A stretch of DNA of 64,000 bases from an uncultured Nitrospirales bacterium. Lineage in GTDB: Bacteria > Hydrogenedentota > Hydrogenedentia > Hydrogenedentales > Hydrogenedentaceae. The notes beneath the pieces are model-generated. The model worked only from the letters and a program-made list of their open reading frames with translations. It searched no databases and had not been told where the DNA came from. The DNA lies in contig CAZJTZ010000006.1 in assembly GCA_964549105.1 (NCBI GenBank), positions 29,273-93,272 on the forward strand. Reading direction: 5' to 3'. Positions 27,339 to 36,815 of the stretch are shown in pieces. Position 1 is the first letter of the stretch. Each line of letters begins with the position of its first letter. The translations under genes were made by a program, and so were the position numbers.

Positions 27339-28998
27339 TGCATTTTTTGTATTCCAGTGCGGCTTGAATAAAATTGCAAAATAAGGGTTGGGGTTTCATC
27401 GGTGTGCTTTTAAATTCAGGATGAAATTGGCAGGCACAGAACCAGGGATGAATGTCTGGTTTCAGTTCAATTATTTCCACCAGTTCCTCTTCCATGTCCA
27501 TTAATTTTCTGCGATGGACACCACTAATAACTCCATTGGCTTGTTTCTCAAAGTTTTCCCGATACGCATTGTTAAACTCGTACCGATGGCGATGTCGTTC
27601 ATAGATGGATTGTTGTCCATAAGCCTTATATGCAAAGGTATCGGGTTGCAATTCGCAAAGATACGCCCCCAGACGCATTGTCCCACCTTTGGAGGATATA
27701 CCCTTCTGCTCTGTAAGTAGTGAGATAATAGGATGAGGTGTTTGTGGATTTACCTCTGTGGTATGGGCATCTTTCAGTCCCAGACAATTCCGTGCAATTT
27801 CAATCATGGCAACTTGCATACCTAAACAGATACCAAAATAAGGAATGTGATTTTCACGAGCGAACTTTGCCACATTAATTTTGCCTTCAATTCCACGCGT
27901 CCCGAATCCGGGTCCAATCAGGATACCATGATACCCTTGAAGTATATCTTCTGGCTTTTCCTTACCGGGTTCAAACTGTTCGGAGTCAATCCACTCATAT
28001 TTAACCTTGCAATTATTAGCAATCCCTGCATGCACAAAGGCTTCATTAATACTCTTGTAAGCGTCGCTATGTCCTGTATATTTTCCAATAGCCGCGATTC
28101 GCACTTCTTCTGTCGCAGAAACCAGACGGTCTACCATGCTCGTCCATTCGGACAGGTTTCCTTCGCGTGCCTCTAATCCCAATATACTTAAAACGGTTAC
28201 ATCGAGATCTTGTTTTTTAAAATTTAGTGGAATGGCATATATAGGTGAAATGTCTTGAGCATTAATAATCGCATTTTCAGGCACATCACAGAATAAAGCC
28301 ACCTTTTGCCTCTGCTCTCTTCCAAGTTTATTTTTTCCAGTCCGACAAACAATGATATTAGGTTGAATCCCAATATCGCGTAGAGCACGAACACTATGCT
28401 GGGTGGGCTTTGTTTTTAACTCATTTGCCGCTTCAATATAGGGAACTAATGTTACATGGATAAAACAGCAATTTTCAGGACCTATATCCAGACGAAACTG
28501 CCTTAATGCTTCGAGAAAGGGCAGACTCTCAATATCACCGACAGTTCCACCAATTTCCACAATAGCAATATCAACATCATCTTCGTCTACGGTTAAGGCG
28601 CGAATCCGATTTTTTATCTCATCAGTAATATGTGGAATGACCTGAACCGTTTTGCCTAAATAGGCTCCTTCACGCTCCTTCTGAATTACTGTATTATAGA
28701 TAGCACCTGTGGTGGTATTGCTACGGCGAGATAATTTGGCATGGGTAAACCGTTGGTAATGTCCGAGGTCGAGGTCTGTTTCTGCTCCATCGTCCGTAAC
28801 AAATACTTCCCCATGCTCGAACGGATTCATCGTGCCCGGGTCAACATTGATATAAGGGTCCATCTTCATCATTGCTATTTTATAACCACGCGATTCTAAA
28901 AGGAGTCCTAAACTTGCACAAACAATTCCTTTGCCAATCGAGGAGACAACCCCTCCTGTAGTAAAAATATATTTCAAGTGTGATTTTGAGTCTGCCAT
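27325..28998 (-). CDS. pyrG: CTP synthase
   Basis: N-terminal [16 protein letters not shown] synthetase motif and C-terminal class I glutamine amidotransferase domain (GICLGMQ, catalytic Cys). Length 557 aa. Confidence 0.95.
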   Translation of the reverse strand: MADSKSHLKYIFTTGGVVSSIGKGIVCASLGLLLESRGYKIAMMKMDPYINVDPGTMNPFEHGEVFVTDDGAETDLDLGHYQRFTHAKLSRRSNTTTGAIYNTVIQKEREGAYLGKTVQVIPHITDEIKNRIRALTVDEDDVDIAIVEIGGTVGDIESLPFLEALRQFRLDIGPENCCFIHVTLVPYIEAANELKTKPTQHSVRALRDIGIQPNIIVCRTGKNKLGREQRQKVALFCDVPENAIINAQDISPIYAIPLNFKKQDLDVTVLSILGLEAREGNLSEWTSMVDRLVSATEEVRIAAIGKYTGHSDAYKSINEAFVHAGIANNCKVKYEWIDSEQFEPGKEKPEDILQGYHGILIGPGFGTRGIEGKINVAKFARENHIPYFGICLGMQVAMIEIARNCLGLKDAHTTEVNPQTPHPIISLLTEQKGISSKGGTMRLGAYLCELQPDTFAYKAYGQQSIYERHRHRYEFNNAYRENFEKQANGVISGVHRRKLMDMEEELVEIIELKPDIHPWFCACQFHPEFKSTPMKPQPLFCNFIQAALEYKKCNEQH

Positions 28999-29787
28999 CT
29001 ATACTTCCTTTTCTCTAAATTTGAGAATTTTTTCAACATGCATTAAATCTTCCGGTGTATCCACACCTAACGCTTCATAATTCGTTGGGACAACCGCTAT
29101 TGAATAGCCATTCTCGAGCACTCTCAATTGTTCCAGTTTCTCCAACTTCTCCAACGGGGTTTGAGGAAGTTTTGAAATATGAAGCAGAAATTCACGACGG
29201 TATACATAAAGCCCGATATGCTGCCAATATACCCCTTCTATATTCTGTCGTTGTTCCGCATCGCGTATGTAAGGAATAGGTGAACGGGAAAAATAAAGAG
29301 CCAGCCCCTTTTGATTCATCACAACTTTTACTATGTTTGGATTCTGTATCCAGGAAGACTCTGTTATTTGCCTACACGCCGTTGACATCTGTATTTGCGG
29401 ATTTTCTAATAATGGCTGAACGGCAGCGTCAATACATTCCGGAGGGAGTAACGGCTCATCACCTTGAACATTAACTATAATCTTCTCTAAACAATTTTCT
29501 GCTACTTCTGCGATACGGTCCGTTCCACTAGCATGGTCAGAACGCGTCATAACGACAGGCACACCTAACGGTTCTAATGCTTTTCTAATTCGGTCATCAT
29601 CCGTAGCCACTAAAACTTTACCCACACACTTTGCTTTTCTTGCCTGTTGATATACATGATAAACCAGGGGATAACCACACAAATCTGCCAACATCTTTCC
29701 TGGAAATCGAGTAGAACCATAACGGGCAGGAATAACTACTAACACGGAACTGTTTCCCTGTCCTGAGTCGCTACCTTTCTGTAACAT
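28999..29787 (-). CDS. kdsB: 3-deoxy-manno-octulosonate cytidylyltransferase (CMP-Kdo synthetase)
   Basis: VVIPARYGSTRFPGK nucleotide-binding motif. Typical length of 262 aa. Positioned immediately upstream of pyrG. Confidence 0.9.
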   Translation of the reverse strand: MLQKGSDSGQGNSSVLVVIPARYGSTRFPGKMLADLCGYPLVYHVYQQARKAKCVGKVLVATDDDRIRKALEPLGVPVVMTRSDHASGTDRIAEVAENCLEKIIVNVQGDEPLLPPECIDAAVQPLLENPQIQMSTACRQITESSWIQNPNIVKVVMNQKGLALYFSRSPIPYIRDAEQRQNIEGVYWQHIGLYVYRREFLLHISKLPQTPLEKLEKLEQLRVLENGYSIAVVPTNYEALGVDTPEDLMHVEKILKFREKEV

Positions 29788-30109
29788 TTCTTAGCCCTCG
29801 ATGTAAGCCAGTTAAATAAAAAAATGTTCCACAGTTCCAAACCAACTTCTTGAAATATAAAAGGAAATAATATTACCTTTTTTATTCTATATTTTACTAA
29901 ATTAACACAATTTATAACTCATGTTCAAAAATATCGGCTCTTGCAATCAAAATTCATTTATTTATTAGGTCTTTATGCCCATTAAACTATATCTAACATT
30001 TAATATACAGTAAAAAAACAACAATAATAAAACTTCACTTCTACATTAAGTAGAAATAAAAACATCATCGCCAGAACGGCACAGGGGAGAAATAAAAAAA
30101 TAACAGACC

Positions 30110-30556
30110 TTATTTTCCAGGATTGGGCTTTAATCCTGCTTGCTTCAATTGTGCTTCCTGATACTGCTGATTGCGAACCAAATAAATTTCCTGTAATTGA
30201 GCGATAGAATTATTCAGAATACCCTCTTCTTTTGAAGAAAGATTTCCTTTTGTCTTGTCTCGTAATACTAAGAGCAAGTCAATAAAAAATTGAGCCTGTT
30301 CTAAATCAATAACTACTTGCTGTGCCCCCTGGGGAGCAATTACTCCCAGAGCCAACATCGCATCCGTAGTCAAAATGCCTACCAGGGACTCAAATGAAGG
30401 GGTTAACGCTTCTTCAGGGGAGATTTCTTTATCCTCAGACGCCTCAGGATTTTTAGTCTTTTCCTCTTCTAATTTTTTTTGTAATTCTTCTTTTTCCCTC
30501 TGAACTTTTACTTTCCAATCCTCGTCAATTATTATTTTTTTCTCTTCTTCGCTCAC
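30110..30556 (-). CDS. DUF1844-like domain protein
   Basis: The core FESLVGILTTDAMLALGVIAPQG...DLEQAQFFIDLLLVLRDKTKGNL resembles the DUF1844 signature as recalled from memory. The N-terminus is acidic and Lys-rich. Apparent GTG start. Confidence 0.45.
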   Translation of the reverse strand: MSEEEKKIIIDEDWKVKVQREKEELQKKLEEEKTKNPEASEDKEISPEEALTPSFESLVGILTTDAMLALGVIAPQGAQQVVIDLEQAQFFIDLLLVLRDKTKGNLSSKEEGILNNSIAQLQEIYLVRNQQYQEAQLKQAGLKPNPGK

Positions 30557-30575
30557 AACCTTTCTCCCAACTAAA

Positions 30576-30630
30576 TGTTAAAAAAAATTAAAAACGCCAC
30601 ACTGGGAAAGGAAATAATCCTTTCCCAGTG
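30576..30630 (-). terminator. Rho-independent terminator downstream of ndk and the small basic ORF
   Basis: Perfect 13-bp stem cactgggaaagga/tcctttcccagtg with a 5-nt loop. On the minus strand it is followed by CGTTTTTAATTTTTTTT. Confidence 0.65.
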
Positions 30631-30649
30631 ATGCTTCAAGATACTCTAA

Positions 30650-30742
30650 TTACTTTTTGTTCTTATGACGATTCTGACGTCTCTTCTTCTTACGCTTGTG
30701 TTTATTAATCTTGCGTTTGCGAACTTTTCTTCCACCTGCCAC
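30650..30742 (-). CDS. Unannotated small ORF encoding a 30-aa extremely basic peptide (V/M-AGGRKVRKRKINKHKRKKKRRQNRHKNKK); possible bS22-like ribosomal or nucleic-acid-binding peptide
   Basis: GTG start 7 nt downstream of AAAGGAG; an in-frame stop lies 12 codons upstream. It sits between ndk and a strong intrinsic terminator. The composition and the K-H-K-R-K...RR..R pattern are reminiscent of actinobacterial/bacteroidetal bS22. It falls below the 60-aa cutoff of the ORF track. Confidence 0.35.
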   Translation of the reverse strand: MAGGRKVRKRKINKHKRKKKRRQNRHKNKK

Positions 30743-30788
30743 GAATAATACTCCTTTTTTAATTTTTTGAGTTATTTATCTTATAAAG

Positions 30789-31253
30789 TTACCGTCTACT
30801 TATTGCTAGCCACTGTTCATCATCAACCTTATATTCTAATATATCTTCAGGACGGAAATAAAGTGATATTTCACGCTCCGCTGATTCGGGCTTGTCAGAA
30901 GCATGGACAATGTTCATCTGCGTTATTAAAGCAAAATCTCCTCTTATCGTGCCTGGATTTGCTTTCAGCGGATTTGTATTTCCTATCATATTTCGAACCT
31001 GATTAATTGCGCCTTCTCCTTCCCATACCATCTGAATAGTAGGACCGGAGCATATAAAACGAATTAAACTTTCATAAAAGTCCTTTCCCTTATGTTCCTG
31101 ATAATGTTCCTCTGCCTTTTCTTGAGTTAAAATCTGCATTTTTATAGCCACAAGTTTTAATCCACGCTTCTCAAAACGGCAAATACATTCTCCGATAAGC
31201 CTGCGTGCTATACCATCAGGTTTAATCATGACAAAGGTGCGCTCATTTGACAT
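30789..31253 (-). CDS. ndk: Nucleoside diphosphate kinase
   Basis: ERTFVMIKPDG, the active-site His region NIVHASD and YxxxxGxxFY motifs. Length 154 aa. Confidence 0.9.
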   Translation of the reverse strand: MSNERTFVMIKPDGIARRLIGECICRFEKRGLKLVAIKMQILTQEKAEEHYQEHKGKDFYESLIRFICSGPTIQMVWEGEGAINQVRNMIGNTNPLKANPGTIRGDFALITQMNIVHASDKPESAEREISLYFRPEDILEYKVDDEQWLAISRR

Positions 31254-31445
31254 CAGGGGGGAACTCCTCGAAAAGAAAACTTACAAAAAAAGATTATATT
31301 ATAAAACCTTTCTTTTATTCAAATTGGTGTATAAGTTTTATATATACCTTTAATATTTTATGTTCTTTAATAAATATCACTCAAAATATATAAAATTACC
31401 ACATATAAAGAATCGTTATCTTGCTATTTATTTCTTTTGCTTATA

Positions 31446-33485
31446 TTATCCTATCCCGGGACAGTAGTTATCTTCGCTCATGCCGGGACAAGGATAATAT
31501 CCACCCATGTTGAAGAATTGTATCAGCCTCAATAATTCACCTAAATCAATTGTCCAATCTTGCTCGTCATAATCAGACGCATGTGAAGCGCATGTCTTGT
31601 CTCCGTCAAATCCTGGGGCATAACCGTCTTCTGTCCCTAACTTACAGTGATACCCACCCATGTTGAAAAATTGTATCACTCGAAGTAATTCACCCAAATC
31701 TATCATTCCATTTCTATCCGGGTCAGCACTATGCCATAAAATCTCTCCTTCTACAGAACCTTCCAGTGTGCCTTCTACTATGCCTTCTGTTATACCTTCG
31801 GGAGTTCCTTCAATTGTCCCTTCTGCTGTTCCTTCCGTTGAACCTTCCATCGTTCCTTCACCAGCACAGTCTACTGTAACTTCACGAGTCTTTTCTGAGG
31901 AGTTTCCATTGTCGTCTACCGCGTAATAAACCACATAGTAAGTTCCTGTTTGTGATGTATCCACATTGTTAGACACAACCTCTACATTCACTTCACTGTC
32001 ACATGTATCTGTTGCTTCTGCACCCGGGTCAACAAATATGGAACCACATTCCACGGTCATTGGATTGTCCCCGTTTAGGGTAATCTCCGGAGCAGTCGTG
32101 TCTGTTACATGTACCAGCCGTGTTGCTATGCTACTCGTATTGCCATCACTGTCTGTAACAACATACTCTACGGTATAATCGCTTACTACATCGCTATTTA
32201 CATTGTTGGTTACCTGTATTTGACTGGTTAAATCCCCATCGGGAATATCATAAGCCGTTGCACCTGCATCCCCATAAGGAGAACCACATTCTATCGTAAG
32301 TTCACTGTCCCCTAATAAGGTTATCTCGGGCTTATATTCAGGATAGGGAAACCAACAAAGTAAAGGATAAGTAACTTCTTCCAAAATCACCCATACACCT
32401 GTAAAATCCCAGTCTACAAAGGTATCCTGTTGTTTCATCTCCGCTGTCGTCTTGCCTTCGCCTCCCGCAGAGGTAGTCTGCTCTGAAGTTTCTGTATCCC
32501 AATAACTATTACTTACGGTATCTCCTTCATTCAGGCCTATCAAGCCACCAGTATTTCCACTACCTCTTACTAAACCTATACTATAACAATTACTTATTGT
32601 GCCAGACTCATTCCATCCTACCAAACCGCCTATATTATCTGTAGACCCCTCTACTGAACTCGTACTGTAACTATCAGATATCGTTCCGTCGTTATATCCT
32701 ATCAAACCACCTACATCATAATTGCCTTCCACTAAACCTATACTATAACTGGCAGATACCATACTATCATCATTTCTCCCTATCAAACCGCCTACATAAT
32801 CATCTCCCGAAACAGAACAGTTGCTATAACATAGAGAGATTAATCCATCGTTATAACCCACTAAACCACCCGTATCATAATATCCAAAAGTAGAACATAT
32901 ACTATAACTGTCAGATATTATGCCAACAATATTAACCCCTACCAACCCTCCTACCCCAAAAGCCCCCTCTACATAACCCATACTATAACTTCCTGAAACT
33001 ATAGCAAAATCTCCTTTATATCCTATCAATCCACCTGTGTAATTCCCACCTACAATCTGACAATCTCCTACACCTACATTCTTTACTTCTCCCCCTAAAC
33101 CGACAAAGCCAAATAAGCCAACATAATCTTCCAAAGGACGATTAATATACAAATTTGCTATTTTATACCCATTTCCATTAAATCTACCCACAAATGGGTT
33201 TTCCTGACTTCCTATTGGCTTAAAACCGAATCCCTCATTCCAATTTATCGTATCGCTCCCATCAATGTCCCCATTCAATTCATATTCCTCATTTAACGGG
33301 TACTCAGGGTCATTCCCTATTTTCTGTAACTCCTCTACACTATCTATTGTTATTACTGTTGCGAATATATTTGTGCATAAAAATAGATAAAATAAAAGTA
33401 AGAGAACAATACTGCCCTTAAATAGAACCGTTTGAATTAGATTAAAATAATGGTTCTTCTCCAATTTAGTTGATGTATTAATCAT
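31446..33485 (-). CDS. Secreted/anchored GLUG-motif repeat protein with two Ig-like (HYR/DUF5011-like) domains, an (xEGx)n linker and a dockerin-like double EF-hand C-terminal module
   Basis: N-terminal signal-anchor. About 10 repeats carrying (V/I)GGL(V/I)G(Y/W)N, the GLUG motif. Two ITL(L/N)GD...ECGS.Y.D(A/P)GA.A.D Ig-like repeats. The C-terminal (T/S/A)EG(T/I) repeats and DPDRNGMIDLGELLRVIQFFN...DLGELLRLIQFFN are shared with the protease at 14474..17398. The first 14 codons are encoded by the ISL3-IR-like repeat. Confidence 0.7.
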   Translation of the reverse strand: MINTSTKLEKNHYFNLIQTVLFKGSIVLLLLFYLFLCTNIFATVITIDSVEELQKIGNDPEYPLNEEYELNGDIDGSDTINWNEGFGFKPIGSQENPFVGRFNGNGYKIANLYINRPLEDYVGLFGFVGLGGEVKNVGVGDCQIVGGNYTGGLIGYKGDFAIVSGSYSMGYVEGAFGVGGLVGVNIVGIISDSYSICSTFGYYDTGGLVGYNDGLISLCYSNCSVSGDDYVGGLIGRNDDSMVSASYSIGLVEGNYDVGGLIGYNDGTISDSYSTSSVEGSTDNIGGLVGWNESGTISNCYSIGLVRGSGNTGGLIGLNEGDTVSNSYWDTETSEQTTSAGGEGKTTAEMKQQDTFVDWDFTGVWVILEEVTYPLLCWFPYPEYKPEITLLGDSELTIECGSPYGDAGATAYDIPDGDLTSQIQVTNNVNSDVVSDYTVEYVVTDSDGNTSSIATRLVHVTDTTAPEITLNGDNPMTVECGSIFVDPGAEATDTCDSEVNVEVVSNNVDTSQTGTYYVVYYAVDDNGNSSEKTREVTVDCAGEGTMEGSTEGTAEGTIEGTPEGITEGIVEGTLEGSVEGEILWHSADPDRNGMIDLGELLRVIQFFNMGGYHCKLGTEDGYAPGFDGDKTCASHASDYDEQDWTIDLGELLRLIQFFNMGGYYPCPGMSEDNYCPGIG
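31745..31862 (-). repeat. About 10 tandem 12-bp units encoding x-E-G-x tetrapeptides, in-frame in the GLUG protein gene
   Basis: ccttc periodicity every 12 nt on the plus strand. The antisense track ORF 31660..31926 is a repeat artefact. Confidence 0.85.
33442..33477 (+). mobile_element. ISL3-type IR-like element, copy 2 (solo), embedded in the 5' end of the GLUG gene on the opposite strand
   Basis: Over 36 bp it matches 23813..23848 at 35 positions (single mismatch at the N) and the 26-bp core exactly. No transposase is adjacent; a 480-bp AT-rich non-coding stretch follows. Confidence 0.45.
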
Positions 33486-33962
33486 TTTACCTTCCTTTGG
33501 GAGTTTGATTAGTAGGCTTAAAAAATGAAACCTTAGTTCTTCTTAAAACTTAATAACACAAATAGGCATAAATCACTATACTACCCTTGTAAAGTGGCAC
33601 AGCCAAAAATGTCTATCTATATATTACCACACTAATTAAATTGTCATTTCTGTCAATCACAAGTATATATCTTTTGCCACAATTATAGTTATACGCTATA
33701 CAATTTGTAAATTACTTTTACTTACTATACCTTCACGATATACTTTACTCCCCTTAAAAAAGTTTTACCCTCTCCCCTAAATACTGACCTTTTTGCAGTA
33801 ATACCCATAACAATAATTTTCCCCAACTATTTTTCAACATATCTTTTACCAACAACCTAATAATTTTTTTGCGTAGATTATACCTTGCATCTATTAAGAA
33901 GGAATTATCTATATCGTAAATCTTTTGATATTAGAGAAACACTATTCCTTACTTTTAGTTCA

Positions 33963-34895
33963 TTAATGGAAACCTGAAATCTGGTTGCAAACGGTTATCC
34001 AGACACGGGTATAGGGAAATTGCAGTGGATACCGAACAAACTCTACATGCCCATCAAGATACAACACATTCCCACCGCCTGGCTGATGGTTCAGCATAAT
34101 ATTATCATAGCCCTCTCCTTCGCCTTTTTTGAACAGATTGTCCCACATTAACGGAATTTCTGAGGTAGAAATACTCTGATTTAAGAATCTTTCTACACCG
34201 TCTCTTAACCGATAAACCGTTCTTTTGTGAACATCACCGGGATAAAACGGCATAAATGATAAATCCGATTCATATACTTTTGCTACCTCTGTTAGTGGAA
34301 CATTTTTAGCCTGCGTAAGTAAATCTTGAAATACGGTGACAAAACCACCTTCTATTTCAGTGCGAGGGTCAGACGCTTGCTCATCACCACCCAATATTAA
34401 ATATAAATATGGGACAATTACCCAGCCCCAATAAGAATAAGATATGTCATTTATTTTACATAAATCTACTTCACCCGTTGCCTCATTTGTGAACCAACCA
34501 CCCGGTCCAAATGCAACCGTCCAGTCTATATCTGATGGGCAAAGTAGCACCTTTAAGTCCGAAAGATACTCAGGATACATCCATTTCGGTTCAAAAAATG
34601 ATTCTATTGTATTTACTTCACTACAGGGTTGGGCAGATTCAACCCACGGTGTTCGCAAAGCCTTTATGGGAGGATAATAACATCCTTTGCTTTCGTTTGA
34701 ATACATTATTAATGCAAGCCCAATCTGTTTCAGATTATTTGCGCATGAAGAACGCCGACTTGCCTCCCTTGCACGCGATAATGCAGGCAATAATATGGCT
34801 GCCAACACGGCAATAATCGCAATTACCACCAGCAACTCAACCAGAGTAAATCCAAACCTTTTCAATACTTTTATTTCCTTGGTAATATTTTGCAA
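33963..34895 (-). CDS. DUF1559 (H-X9-DG) domain protein with prepilin-type N-terminal cleavage/methylation signal
   Basis: N-terminus [51 protein letters not shown] is classic for PVC-type DUF1559 proteins. A C-terminal [14 protein letters not shown]9-DG-like motif is present. Confidence 0.8.
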   Translation of the reverse strand: MQNITKEIKVLKRFGFTLVELLVVIAIIAVLAAILLPALSRAREASRRSSCANNLKQIGLALIMYSNESKGCYYPPIKALRTPWVESAQPCSEVNTIESFFEPKWMYPEYLSDLKVLLCPSDIDWTVAFGPGGWFTNEATGEVDLCKINDISYSYWGWVIVPYLYLILGGDEQASDPRTEIEGGFVTVFQDLLTQAKNVPLTEVAKVYESDLSFMPFYPGDVHKRTVYRLRDGVERFLNQSISTSEIPLMWDNLFKKGEGEGYDNIMLNHQPGGGNVLYLDGHVEFVRYPLQFPYTRVWITVCNQISGFH

Positions 34896-35200
34896 ATCAA
34901 TCTATATAACCAGCCAATCTATTATAAACCTAATGATTAGTCTCTATAAAAATTTGAAGGAAAGGGCAATCCCGTTTGATAAAAGATTAAAGAAAAGATT
35001 TCTTACTTTACTTAGAATAATAGGCGGGTAAAACGGAACTCCAAGAAGAAGGGAGAGAATAATAGGAAGGGGGTAACCTTCGACTAATGTAAAAAGATAT
35101 TTCTCAAAATAGCAAAAGTCTCTTTATTTCAAATGTATTCTACATCATCCCAGGCCTATCTACAGTATTCCAAAATATTCCAAATCTGCCCTTCTGTTGT

Positions 35201-35249
35201 CCAAATACCCCTTTGTCATTTCGAGCGTAACGAGAAATCTTTTCCTTAA
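35201..35249 (-). repeat. Dispersed repeat copy A (~46 bp, core gttaagNaaaagatttctNNNtacgctcgaaatgacaaagg), minus orientation
   Basis: The reverse complement matches 43399..43439 with about 3 mismatches over 41 bp. It begins at the stop codon of gene 35246..36187. Confidence 0.5.
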
Positions 35250-36187
35250 CCTTTTTCTTTGGGCAGAGTAGAGGTAAATACCTTGTAAGCGTCCAATATT
35301 TCCTGTTCGTTAATCGGGGCAATAATCATTCGGACAGTTGTAGAAATAGACTGACCTGCTTCTAATGTTTTTCCAAATAAGGAGAGATACATGGAGAAGT
35401 GAGTATTGCCTGCATTCGGGGTGGATACCGCAAAGCAATTGTCGCTGGTAGTTATATGCACCACTGCAAGTTTAGTTTCCCTGTCTATACGATAAATAAT
35501 CGGCTCATGGAAGAATGGACGAATAGTCCAATTTACCGGGTTCGGCAAGATATCCCAGCGCCCATCTTTAATAATTTTGGTAGCATTTTCATCCTTTGGA
35601 AAGGCTTGCCATTCACCTGCTTCAACAGGGGTCGGCAGAAACTTTGCCGTCCCGTCATCTCCCTTTGCATATACATAAGATTCAGGAAAGTATTTGGTCA
35701 GGTAAGAAGAAAGGAATACCTCAAAATCTGGTAAAACTTGCTTTGCCTCTACCGTAATTAACAAATCAAGTGTCTGTGGGTTTATCCATTGATACACAGC
35801 AGTTAGAGTAAATGGATGTTCTGCATCAGAATCCCAGAACACCTTCAATGTTTTTGGATTTAATAATTTTGCTTCACTCTTCACCTCACGCATACTTTCA
35901 CCAAAACGGTAATTTGTCTTGAACACACGATAAAAATTTAGTAAACCAGGCAAACCCGGATACCCCGCTATTTCCCTCTCCGGCGATACTGTGCGAAAAG
36001 GAACAAATCCAATAGATTTCCCATCAAGTCTGAAAGTTCCAGATAAAAAGCCTGTATCAACACGATACTCCCCTGAAACCTTATCCGACGGAACAAAAAA
36101 ACCCTCCGCATATCCTACCTCTGCCATAAGCCACACCCCCGTAACAAAAACAAACATCAACCAGAACAATTTACTTTTCATTTTCAT
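35246..36187 (-). CDS. Secreted hypothetical protein
   Basis: Signal peptide MKMKSKLFWLMFVFVTGVWLMAEVGYA. No recognisable catalytic motif. Confidence 0.45.
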   Translation of the reverse strand: MKMKSKLFWLMFVFVTGVWLMAEVGYAEGFFVPSDKVSGEYRVDTGFLSGTFRLDGKSIGFVPFRTVSPEREIAGYPGLPGLLNFYRVFKTNYRFGESMREVKSEAKLLNPKTLKVFWDSDAEHPFTLTAVYQWINPQTLDLLITVEAKQVLPDFEVFLSSYLTKYFPESYVYAKGDDGTAKFLPTPVEAGEWQAFPKDENATKIIKDGRWDILPNPVNWTIRPFFHEPIIYRIDRETKLAVVHITTSDNCFAVSTPNAGNTHFSMYLSLFGKTLEAGQSISTTVRMIIAPINEQEILDAYKVFTSTLPKEKG

Positions 36188-36288
36188 AATTAATTCCCTT
36201 TAATATAAATAACAAAACCTAATTAATTGAAAAGAACATCAAAACAATTTTTAACCGTTATATACAATTGCCATTATTTTTAACAGTA

Positions 36289-36813
36289 TTACAATTGTAT
36301 TTTTTCTATAAAGTATTTAAATGACTTATTTCTCTGCTTTGCCATTTCAATAGAAAAATTATTAAGAATTTCTATCATAAAATTTACACGAGAATTCCCC
36401 GAAATTAATTTATTGAAATCTTCTTTTGAAATATTATCTGTTCTTTCAAAATGACGGATTTTAATTTTTTTAAACTTTGTAGTGTCTAACCCAGCAAGAT
36501 ACCAACTCTCTATTTCTTTTATTACCACAACTATTTTCTCTTTATCAATATCAATATCAATAATGTTTTCAATCTCTTCCTTTTTGGCACTCACACATGG
36601 TGATTTATCTATGTCTGTAATAAAAAAATAATCTGCGTCCATTGTTGATTTGATACTTTTAAGGAAATTTTTAACCTTCTCTCTTTTCATATTTGAATAA
36701 AGTATGATTTTTATATCATCATATTGTTCCTGTAGTTTCAGCTCGATTATTTTTTTAAAGAACCTCTCATCATCATTACCTTCAGCCCATATATACAATC
36801 TTTTATAACTCAT
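36289..36813 (-). CDS. Small TOPRIM-like protein (RloB/AbiLii/DUF4276-like), partner of the upstream AAA_21 ATPase
   Basis: N-terminal YIWAEGNDDERFF provides a conserved Glu plus acidic pair, and FFITDID at about residue 66 provides a DxD, together matching the two-motif TOPRIM layout. It starts 2 nt after the ATPase stop, which suggests an operon. Confidence 0.45.
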   Translation of the reverse strand: MSYKRLYIWAEGNDDERFFKKIIELKLQEQYDDIKIILYSNMKREKVKNFLKSIKSTMDADYFFITDIDKSPCVSAKKEEIENIIDIDIDKEKIVVVIKEIESWYLAGLDTTKFKKIKIRHFERTDNISKEDFNKLISGNSRVNFMIEILNNFSIEMAKQRNKSFKYFIEKIQL

Positions 36814-36815
36814 AT

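Noticed and set aside
31660-31926. Plus-strand 88-aa ORF (PS-rich) within the GLUG gene
   Set aside because: Antisense artefact of the same xEGx repeat.
35140-35322. 60-aa minus-strand ORF (MPRLTNRKYW...)
   Set aside because: It overlaps the 3' end of gene 35246..36187 and is largely encoded by the dispersed repeat. No RBS, so likely spurious.
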